A DNA stretch of 64,000 nt from Eledone cirrhosa (lineage: Eukaryota), in contig OZ024742.1 of the NCBI GenBank assembly GCA_964016885.1, forward strand, positions 241,366,001 to 241,430,000, written 5' to 3'. Position numbers and translations under genes: made by a program. The notes under the pieces are model-generated. The model searched no databases. It saw only the letters and a program-made list of their open reading frames with translations, and was not told the DNA's origin. Shown one piece after another: positions 53,101 to 64,000 of this stretch (its first letter is position 1; the number at the start of each line of letters is the position of its first letter).

Positions 53101-56100
53101 CCAAGCCACCAACAGAAATGAAACTCCAACCCACCAACAGAAATGGAACACCAAGCCACTAACAGAAATGGAACACCAAGTAACCAACAGAAATGGAACT
53201 CCAAGCCACTAACAGAAATGGAACTCCAAACCACCAACAGAAATGGAACTCCAAGCAACCAACAGAAATGGAAATCCAAGCCACCAACAGAAATGGAACT
53301 CCAAGCCACCAACAGAAATGGAACTCCAAGCCACTAACAGAAATGGAACTCCAAGCCACCAAAAGAAATGGAACGCCAAGCCACCAACAGAAATGGAACT
53401 CCAAGCCACCAACAGAAATGGAACTCCAAGCCACTAAAAGAAATGGAACTCCAAGTTACCAACAGAAATGGAACTCCAAGCCACCAACAGAAATGGAACT
53501 CCAAGCCACCAACAGAAATGGAACTCCAATCCACCAACAGAAATAGATCTCCAAGCCACCAACAGAAATAAAACTCCAAGCTAACAACAAAAATGGACCT
53601 TCAAGCCACCAACAGAAATGAAACTCCAAGCCACCAACAGAAATGGAACTCCAAGCCAATAACAGAAATGGAACTCCAAGCCACCAACAGAAATGGAACA
53701 CCAAGCCACCAACAGAAATGGAACTCCAAGCCACCAACAGAAATGGAACTCCAAACCACCAACAGAAATGTAACTCCAAGCCACCAACAGAAATGGAATT
53801 CCAAGCCATTAACAGAAATGGAACTCCAAGACACCAACAGAAATGGAACTCCAAGCCACCAACAGAAATGGAACTCCAAGCCACCAACAGAAATGGAACT
53901 CCAAGCCACCAACAGAAATGGAACTCCAAGCCACTAACAGAAATGGAATTCCAAGCGACTAAAAGAAATGGAACTCCAAGCCACTAACAGAAATGAAACT
54001 CCAACCCACCAACAGAAATGGAAAACCAAGCCACTAACAGAAATGGAACTCCAAGTAACCAACAGAAATGGAACTCCAAGCCACTAACAGAAATGGAACT
54101 CCAAGCCACCAACAGAAATGGAACTCCAAGCAACCAACAGAAATGGAAATCCAAGCCACCAACAGAAATGGAACTCCAAGCCACCAACAGAAATGGAACT
54201 CCAAGCCACTAACAGAAATGGAACTCCAAGCCACCAAAAGAAATGGAACGCCAAGCCACCAACAGAAATGGAACTCCAAGCCACCAACAGAAATGGAACT
54301 CCAAGCCACTAAAAGAAATGGAACTCCAAGTTACCAACAGAAATGGAACTCCAAGCCACCAACAGAAATGGAACTCCAAGCCACCAACAGAAATGGAACT
54401 CCAAGCCACCAACAGAAATGGAACTCCAAGCCACCAACAGAAATGGAACTCCAAGCTAACAACAAAAATGGACCTCCAAGCCACCAACAGAAATGAAACT
54501 CCAAGCCACCAACAGAAATGGAACTCCAAGCCAATAACAGAAATGGAACTCCAAGCCACCAACAGAAATGGAACTCCAAGCCACTAACATAAATGGAACA
54601 CCAAGCCACCAACAGAAATGGAACTCCAAGCCACTAACAGAAATGGAACTCGAAGCCACTAACAGAAATGGAAATCCAAGCCACCAACAGAAATGGAACT
54701 CCAAGCCACCAACAGAAATGGAACTCCAAGATAACAACAGAAATGGACCTCCAAGCCACCAACAGAAATGAAACTCCAAGCCACCAACAGAAATGGAACT
54801 CCAAGCCACCAACAGAAATAAAACTCCAAGCCAATAACAGAAATGGAACTCTAAGCCTCCTATAGAAATGGAACTGCAAGCCACTAACATAAATGGAACT
54901 CCAAGCCACTAACAGAAATGGAACTCCAAGCCACCAACAGAAATGGAACTCGAAGCCACCAACAGAAATGGAACTCCAAGCCACCAACAGAAATGGAACT
55001 CCAAACCACCAACAGAAATGGAACTCCAAGTCACTAACAGAAATGGAACACCAAGCCACCAACAGAAATGGAACACCAAGCCACCAACAGAAATGGAACT
55101 CCAAGCCACCAACAGAAATGGAACTCCAAACCACCAACAGAAATGTAACTCCAAGCCAATAACAGAAATGGAACTCCAAGCCACTAACAGAAATGGAACT
55201 CCAAGCGACTAAAAGAAATGGAACTCCAAGCCACCAACAGAAATGGAACACCAAGCCACTAACAGAAATGGAACTCCAAGTAACCAACAGAAATGGAAAT
55301 CCAAGCCACTAACAGAAATGGAACTCCAAGCCACCAACAGAAATGGAACTCCAAGCAACCAACAGAAATGGAACTCCAAGCCACCAACAGAAATGGAACT
55401 CCAAGCCACCAACAGAAATGGAACTCCAAGCCACCAACAGAAATGGAACTCCAAGCCACCAACAGAAATGGAACTCCAAGCCACCAACAGAAATGGAACT
55501 CCAAGCCACCAACAGAAATGGAACTCCAAGCCACCAACAGAAATAAAACTCCAAGCTAACAACAAAAATGGACCTTCAAACCACCAACAGAAATGAAACT
55601 CCCAGCCACCAACAGAAATGGAACTCCAAGCCAATAACAGAAATGGAACTCCAAGCCACCAACAGAAATGGAACACCAAGCCACCAACAGAAATGGAACT
55701 CCAAGCCACCAACAGAAATGGAACTCCAAACCACCAACAGAAATGTAACTCCAAGCCACCAACAGAAATGGAATTCCAAGCCATTAACAGAAATGGAACT
55801 CCAAGCCAGCAACAGAAATGGAACTCCAAGCCACCAATAGAAATGGAACTCCAAGCCACCAACAGAAATGGAACTCCAAGCCACCAACAGAAATGGAACT
55901 CCAAGCCACTAACAGAAATGGAATTCCAAGCGACTAAAAGAAATGGAACTCCAAGCCACCAACAGAAATGAAACTCCAACCCACCAACAGAAATGGAACA
56001 CCAAGCCACTAACAGAAATGGAACACCAAGTAACCAACAGAAATGGAACTCCAAGCCACTAACAGAAATGGAACTCCAAACCACCAACAGAAATGGAACT

Positions 56101-59100
56101 CCAAGCAACCAACAGAAATGGAAAACCAAGCCACTAACAGAAATGGAACTCCAAGTAACCAACAGAAATGGAACTCCAAGCCACTAACAGAAATGGAACT
56201 CCAAGCCACCAAAAGAAATGGAACGCCAAGCCACCAACAGAAATGGAACTCCAAGCCACCAACAGAAATGGAACTCCAAGCCACTAAAAGAAATGGAACT
56301 CCAAGTTACCAACAGAAATGGAACTCCAAGCCACCAACAGAAATGGAACTCCAAGCCACCAACAGAAATGGAACTCCAAGCCACCAACAGAAATGGAACT
56401 CCAAGCCACCAACAGAAATAAAACTCCAAGCTAACAACAAAAATGGACCTTCAAGCCACCAACAGAAATGAAACTCCAAGCCACCAACAGAAATGGAACT
56501 CCAAGCCAATAACAGAAATGGAACTCCAAGCCACCAACAGAAATGGAACACCAAGCCACCAACAGAAATGGAACTCCAAGCCACCAACAGAAATGGAACT
56601 CCAAACCACCAACATAAATGGAACTCCAAGCCACCAACAGAAATGGAACTCCAAGCCACTAAAAGAAATGGAACTCCATGTGACCAACAGAAATGGAACT
56701 CCAAGCCACCAACAGAAATGGAACTCCAAGCCACCAACAGAAATGGAACTCCAAGCCACCAACAGAAATGGAACTCCAAGCTAACAACAAAAATGGACCT
56801 CCAAGCCACCAACAGAAATGAAACTCCAAGCGACCAACAGAAATGGAAGTCCAAGCCAATAACAGAAATGGAACTCCAAGCCACCAACAGAAATGGAACT
56901 CCAAGCCACTAACATAAATGGAACACCAAGCCACCAACAGAAATGGAACTCCAAGCCACTAACAGAAATGGAACTTGAAGCCACTAACAGAAATGGAAAT
57001 CCAAGCCACCAACAGAAATGGAACTCCAAGCCACCAACAGAAATGGAACTCCAAGATAACAACAGAAATGGACCTCCAAGCCACCAACAGAAATGAAACT
57101 CCAAGCCACCAACAGAAATGGAACTCCAAGCCACCAACAGAAATAAAACTCCAAGCCAATAACAGAAATGGAACTCTAAGCCTCCTACAGAAATGGAACT
57201 GCAAGCCACTAACATAAATGGAACTCCAAGGCACTAACAGAAATGGAACTCCAAGCCACCAACAGAAATGGAACTCCAAGCCACCAACAGAAATGGAACT
57301 CCAAGCCACCAACAGAAATGGAACTCCAAACCACCAACAGAAATGGAACTCCAAACCACCAACAGAAATGGAACTCCAAGATAACAACAGAAATGGACCT
57401 CCAAGCCACCAACAGAAATGAAACTCCAAGCCACCAACAGAAATGGAACTCCAAACCACCAACAGAAATGGAACTCCAAGCCACTAACAGAAATGGAACA
57501 CCAAGCCACCAACAGAAATGGAACTCCAAGCCACCAACAGAAATGGAACTCCAAGCCACCAACAGAAATGGAACTCCAAACCACCAACAGAAATGGAACT
57601 CCAAGCCAATAACAGAAATGGAACTCCAAGCCACTAACAGAAATGGAACTCCAAGCGACTAAAAGAAATGGAACTCCAAGCCACCAACAGAAATGGAACA
57701 CCAAGCCACTAACAGAAATGGAACTCCAAGTAACCAACAGAAATGGAAATCCAAGCCACTAACAGAAATGGAACTCCAAGCCACCAACAGAAATGGAACT
57801 CCAAGCAACCAACAGAAATGGAACACCAAGCCACCAACAGAAATGGAACTCCAAGCCACCAACAGAAATGGAACTCCAAGCCACCAACAGAAATGGAACT
57901 CCAAGCCACCAACAGAAATGGAACTCCAAGCCACCAACAGAAATGGAACTCCAAGCCACCAACAGAAATGGAACTCCAAGCCACCAACAGAAATAAACCT
58001 CCAAGCTAACAACAAAAATGGACCTTCAAGCCACCAACAGAAATGAAACTCCAAGCCACCAACAGAAATGGAACTCCAAGCCAATAACAGAAATGGAACT
58101 CCAAGCCACCAACAGAAATGGAACACCAAGCCACCAATAGAAATGGAACTCCAAGCCACCAACAGAAATGGAACTCCAAACCACCAACAGAAATGTAACT
58201 CCAAGCCACCAACAGAAATGGAATTCCAAGCCATTAACAGAAATGGAACTCCAAGCCACCAACAGAAATGGAACTCCAAGCCACCAACAGAAATGGAACT
58301 CCAAGCCACCAACAGAAATGGAACTCCAAGCCACCAACAGAAATGGAACTCCAAGCCACTAACAGAAATGGAATTCCAAGCGACTAAAAGAAATGGAACT
58401 CCAAGCCACCAACAGAAATGGAACTCCAAGCTAACAACAAAAATGGACCTCCAAGCCACCAACAGAAATGAAACTCCAAGCCACCAACAGAAATGGAACT
58501 CCAAGCCACCAACAGAAATAAAACTCCAAGCCAATAACAGAAATGGAACTCTAAGCCTCCTACAGAAATGGAACTGCAAGCCACTAACATAAATGGAACA
58601 CCAAGCCACTAACAGAAATGGAACTCCAAGCCACCAACAGAAATGGAACTCCAAGCCACCAACAGAAATGGAACTCCAAGCCAGCAACAGAAATGGAACT
58701 CCAAACCACCAACAGAAATGTAACTCCAAGCCACTAACAGAAATGGAACACCAAGCCACCAACAGAAATGGAACACCAAGCCACCAACAGAAATGGAACT
58801 CCAAGCCACCAACAGAAATGGAACTCCAAACCACCAACAGAAATGTAACTCCAAGCCAATAACAGAAATGGAACTCCAAGCCACTAACAGAAATGGAACT
58901 CCAAGCGACTAAAAGAAATGGAACTCCAAGCCACCAACAGAAATGGAACACCAAGCCACTAACAGAAATGGAACTCCAAGTAACCAACAGAAATGGAAAT
59001 CCAAGCCACTAACAGAAATGGAACTCCAAGCCACCAACAGAAATGGAACTCCAAGCAACCAACAGAAATGGAACTCCAAGCCACCAACAGAAATGGAACT

Positions 59101-62100
59101 CCAAGCCACCAACAGAAATGGAACTCCAAGCCACCAACAGAAATGGAACTCCAAGCCACCAACAGAAATGGAACTCCAAGCCACCAACAGAAATGGAACT
59201 CCAAGCCACCAACAGAAATGGAACTCCAAGCCACCAACAGAAATAAAACTCCAAGCTAACAACAAAAATGGACCTTCAAGCCACCAACAGAAATGAAACT
59301 CCCAGCCACCAACAGAAATGGAACTCCAAGCCAATAACAGAAATGGAACTCCAAGCCACCAACAGAAATGGAACACCAAGCCACCAACAGAAATGGAACT
59401 CCAAGCCACCAACAGAAATGGAACTCCAAACCACCAACAGAAATGTAACTCCAAGCCACCAACAGAAATGGAATTCCAAGCCATTAACAGAAATGGAACT
59501 CCAAGCCACCAACAGAAATGGAACTCCAAGCCACCAACAGAAATGGAACTCCAAGCCACCAACAGAAATGGAACTCCAAGCCACCAACAGAAATGGAACT
59601 CCAAGCCACTAACAGAAATGGAATTCCAAGCGACTAAAAGAAATGGAACTCCAAGCCACCAACAGAAATGAAACTCCAACCCACCAACAGAAATGGAAAA
59701 CCAAGCCACTAACAGAAATGGAACTCCAAGTAACCAACAGAAATGGAACTCCAAGCCACTAACAGAAATGGAACTCCAAGCCACCAACAGAAATGGAACT
59801 CCAAACCACCAACAGAAATGTAACTCCAAGCCACCAACAGAAATGGACTTCCAAGCCATTAACAGAAATGGAACTCCAAGCCACCAACAGAAATGGAACT
59901 CCAAGCCACCAACAGAAATGGAACTCCAAGCCACCAACAGAAATGAAACTCCAACCCACCAACAGAAATGGAAAACCAAGCCACTAACAGAAATGGAACT
60001 CCAAGTAACCAACAGAAATGGAACTCCAAGCCACGAACAGAAATGGAACTCCAAGCCACCAACAGAAATGGAACTCCAAACCACCAACAGAAATGTAACT
60101 CCAAGCCACTAACAGAAATGGAATTCCAAGCGACTAAAAGAAATGGAACTCCAAGCCACCAACAGAAATGGAACTCCAAGCTAACAACAAAAATGGACCT
60201 CCAAGCCACCAACAGAAATGAAACTCCAAGCCACCAACAGAAATGGAACTCCAAGCCACCAACAGAAATAAAACTCCAAGCCAATAACAGAAATGGAACT
60301 CTAAGCCTCCTACAGAAATGGAACTGCAAGCCACTAACATAAATGGAACTCCAAGCCACTAACAGAAATGGAACTCCAAGCCACCAACAGAAATGGAACT
60401 CCAAGCCACCAACAGAAATGGAACTCCAAGCCACCAACAGAAATGGAACTCCAAACCACCAACAGAAATGTAACTCCAAGCCACTAACAGAAATGGAACA
60501 CCAAGCCACCAACAGAAATGGAACACCAAGCCACCAACAGAAATGGAACTCCAAGCCACCAACAGAAATGGAACTCCAAACCACCAACAGAATTGTAACT
60601 CCAAGCCAATAACAGAAATGGAACTCCAAGCCACTAACAGAAATGGAACTCCAAGCGACTAAAAGAAATGGAACTCTAGCCACCAACAGAAATGGAACAC
60701 CAAGCCACTAACAGAAATGGAACTCCAAGTAACCAACAGAAATGGAAATCCAAGCCACTAACAGAAATGGAACTCCAAGCCACCAACAGAAATGGAACTC
60801 CAAGCAACCAACAGAAATGGAACTCCAAGCCACCAACAGAAATGGAACTCCAAGCCACCAACAGAAATGGAACTCCAAGCCACCAACAGAAATGGAACTC
60901 CAAGCCACCAACAGAAATGGAACTCCAAGCCACCAACAGAAATGGAACTCCAAGCCACCAACAGAAATAAAACTCCAAGCTAACAACAAAAATGGACCTT
61001 CAAGCCACCAACAGAAATGAAACTCCCAGCCACCAACAGAAATGGAACTCCAAGCCAATAACAGAAATGGAACTCCAAGCCACCAACAGAAATGGAACAC
61101 CAAGCCACCAACAGAAATGGAACTCCAAGCCACCAACAGAAATGGAACTCCAAACCACCAACAGAAATGTAACTCCAAGCCACCAACAGAAATGGAATTC
61201 CAAGCCATTAACAGAAATGGAACTCCAAGCCACCAACAGAAATGGAACTCCAAGCCACCAACAGAAATGGAATTCCAAGCCATTAACAGAAATGGAACTC
61301 CAAGCAACCAACAGAAATGGAACTCCAAGCCACCAACAGAAATGGAACTCCAAGCCACCAACAGAAATGAAACTCCAACCCACCAACAGAAATGTAACTC
61401 CAAGCCACCAACAGAAATGGAATTCCAAGCCATTAACAGAAATGGAACTCCAAGCCACCAACAGAAATGGAACTCCAAGCCACCAACAGAAATGGAACTC
61501 CAAGCCACCAACAGAAATGGAACTCCAAGCCACCAACAGAAATGGAACTCCAAGCCACCAACAGAAATGGAACTCCAAGCCACCAACAGAAATAAAACTC
61601 CAAGCTAACAACAAAAATGGACCTTCAAGCCACCAACAGAAATGAAACTCCCAGCCACCAACAGAAATGGAACTCCAAGCCAATAACAGAAATGGAACTC
61701 CAAGCCACCATCAGAAATGGAACACCAAGCCACCAACAGAAATGGAACTCCAAGCCACCAACAGAAATGGAACTCCAAACCACCAACAGAAATGTAACTC
61801 CAAGCCACCAACAGAAATGGAATTCCAAGCCATTAACAGAAATGGAACTCCAAGCCACCAACAGAAATGGAACTCCAAGCCACCAACAGAAATGGAACTC
61901 CAAGCCACCAACAGAAATGGAACTCCAAGCCACCAACAGAAATGGAACTCCAAGCCACTAACAGAAATGGAATTCCAAGCGACTAAAAGAAATGGAACTC
62001 CAAGCCACCAACAGAAATGAAACTCCAACCCACCAACAGAAATGGAAAACCAAGCCACTAACAGAAATGGAACTCCAAGTAACCAACAGAAATGGAACTC

Positions 62101-64000
62101 CAAGCCACTAACAGAAATGGAACTCCAAGCCACCAACAGAAATGGAACTCCAAACCACCAACAGAAATGTAACTCCAAGCCACCAACAGAAATGGAATTC
62201 CAAGCCATTAACAGAAATGGAACTCCAAGCCACCAACAGAAATGGAACTCCAAGCCACCAACAGAAATGGAACTCCAAGCCACCAACAGAAATGAAACTC
62301 CAACCCACCAACAGAAATGGAAAACCAAGCCACTAACAGAAATGGAACTCCAAGTAACCAACAGAAATGGAACTCCAAGCCACTAACAGAAATGGAACTC
62401 CAAGCCACCAACAGAAATGGAACTCCAAACCACCAACAGAAATGTAACTCCAAGCCACTAACAGAAATGGAATTCCAAGCGACTAAAAGAAATGGAACTC
62501 CAAGCCACCAACAGAAATGGAACTCCAAGCTAACAACAAAAATGGACCTCCAAGCCACCAACAGAAATGAAACTCCAAGCCACCAACAGAAATGGAACTC
62601 CAAGCCACCAACAGAAATAAAACTCCAAGCCAATAACAGAAATGGAACTCTAAGCCTCCTACAGAAATGGAACTGCAAGCCACTAACATAAATGGAACTC
62701 CAAGCCACTAACAGAAATGGAACTCCAAGCCACCAACAGAAATGGAACTCCAAGCCACCAACAGAAATGGAACTCCAAGCCACCAACAGAAATGGAACTC
62801 CAAACCACCAACAGAAATGTAACTCCAAGCCACTAACAGAAATGGAACACCAAGCCACCAACAGAAATGGAACACCAAGCCACCAACAGAAATGGAACTC
62901 CAAGCCACCAACAGAAATGGAACTCCAAACCACCAACAGAAATGTAACTCCAAGCCAATAACAGAAATGGAACTCCAAGCCACTAACAGAAATGGAACTC
63001 CAAGCGACTAAAAGAAATGGAACTCCAAGCCACCAACAGAAATGGAACACCAAGCCACTAACAGAAATGGAACTCCAAGTAACCAACAGAAATGGAAATC
63101 CAAGCCACTAACAGAAATGGAACTCCAAGCCACCAACAGAAATGGAACTCCAAGCAACCAACAGAAATGGAACTCCAAGCCACCAACAGAAATGGAACTC
63201 CAAGCCACCAACAGAAATGGAACTCCAAGCCACCAACAGAAATGGAACTCCAAGCCACCAACAGAAATGGAACTCCAAGCCACCAACAGAAATGGAACTC
63301 CAAGCCACCAACAGAAATGGAACTCCAAGCCACCAACAGAAATAAAACTCCAAGCTAACAACAAAAATGGACCTTCAAGCCACCAACAGAAATGAAACTC
63401 CCAGCCACCAACAGAAATGGAACTCCAAGCCAATAACAGAAATGGAAATCCAAGCCACCAACAGAAATGGAACACCAAACCACCAACAGAAATGGAACTC
63501 CAAGCCACCAACAGAAATGGAACTCCAAGCCACCAACAGAAATGGAACTCCAAGCCACCAACAGAAATGGAACTCCAAGCCACCAACAGAAATGGAACTC
63601 CAAGCCACCAACAGAAATAAAACTCCAAGCTAACAACAAAAATGGACCTTCAAGCCACCAACAGAAATGAAACTCCCAGCCACCAACAGAAATGGAACTC
63701 CAAGCCAATAACAGAAATGGAACTCCAAACCACCAACAGAAATGGAACACCAAGCCACCAACAGAAATGGAACTCCAAGCCACCAACAGAAATGGAACTC
63801 CAAACCACCAACAGAAATGTAACTCCAAGCCACCAACAGAAATGGAATTCCAAGCCATTAACAGAAATGGAACTCCAAGCCACCAACAGAAATGGAACTC
63901 CAAGCCACCAACAGAAATGGAATTCCAAGCCATTAACAGAAATGGAACTCCAAGCCACCAACAGAAATGGAACTCCAAGCCACCAACAGAAATGGAACTC
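50172..64000. repeat. 25-bp satellite CCACCAACAGAAATGGAACTCCAAG, running off the window end
   Basis: About 550 monomers with variant-defined multi-monomer blocks. Confidence 0.98.

Noticed and set aside
50211-63978. Many MELQATNRNGTPSHQQKWNSKPPTE-type ORFs
   Set aside because: 25-bp satellite translations in all frames.

Overview
AT-rich, microsatellite-saturated animal genomic DNA with no intact protein-coding gene that I can support. An Octopus-like cephalopod is likely, inferred from the SINE family and (TA)n/(CA)n density. All long ORFs in the track are translations of satellites or microsatellites. The window holds a decayed Penelope-like element (Naiad/Chlamys-type RT + GIY-YIG), fragments of RTE, CR1/L2, CRE and R4-like LINEs, a pogo/Tigger remnant, an Hsmar2-like mariner deletion derivative, a piggyBac-type MITE, about 20 tRNA-derived SINE copies, a 5.7-kb 17-bp satellite and a >13.8-kb 25-bp satellite. 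The most notable signal is a set of unrelated non-coding elements inserted in (TA)n tracts. They occur as partial head-to-tail tandems (316, ~467 and 597 bp units), often with an inverted 5' copy, and carry one type I hammerhead ribozyme per unit. Two families use the compensated U3-A8 core (TTGATAA instead of CTGANGA). They look like Penelope-mobilised retrozymes. All structures were read by eye, and coordinates other than ribozyme cores and TSDs are approximate.
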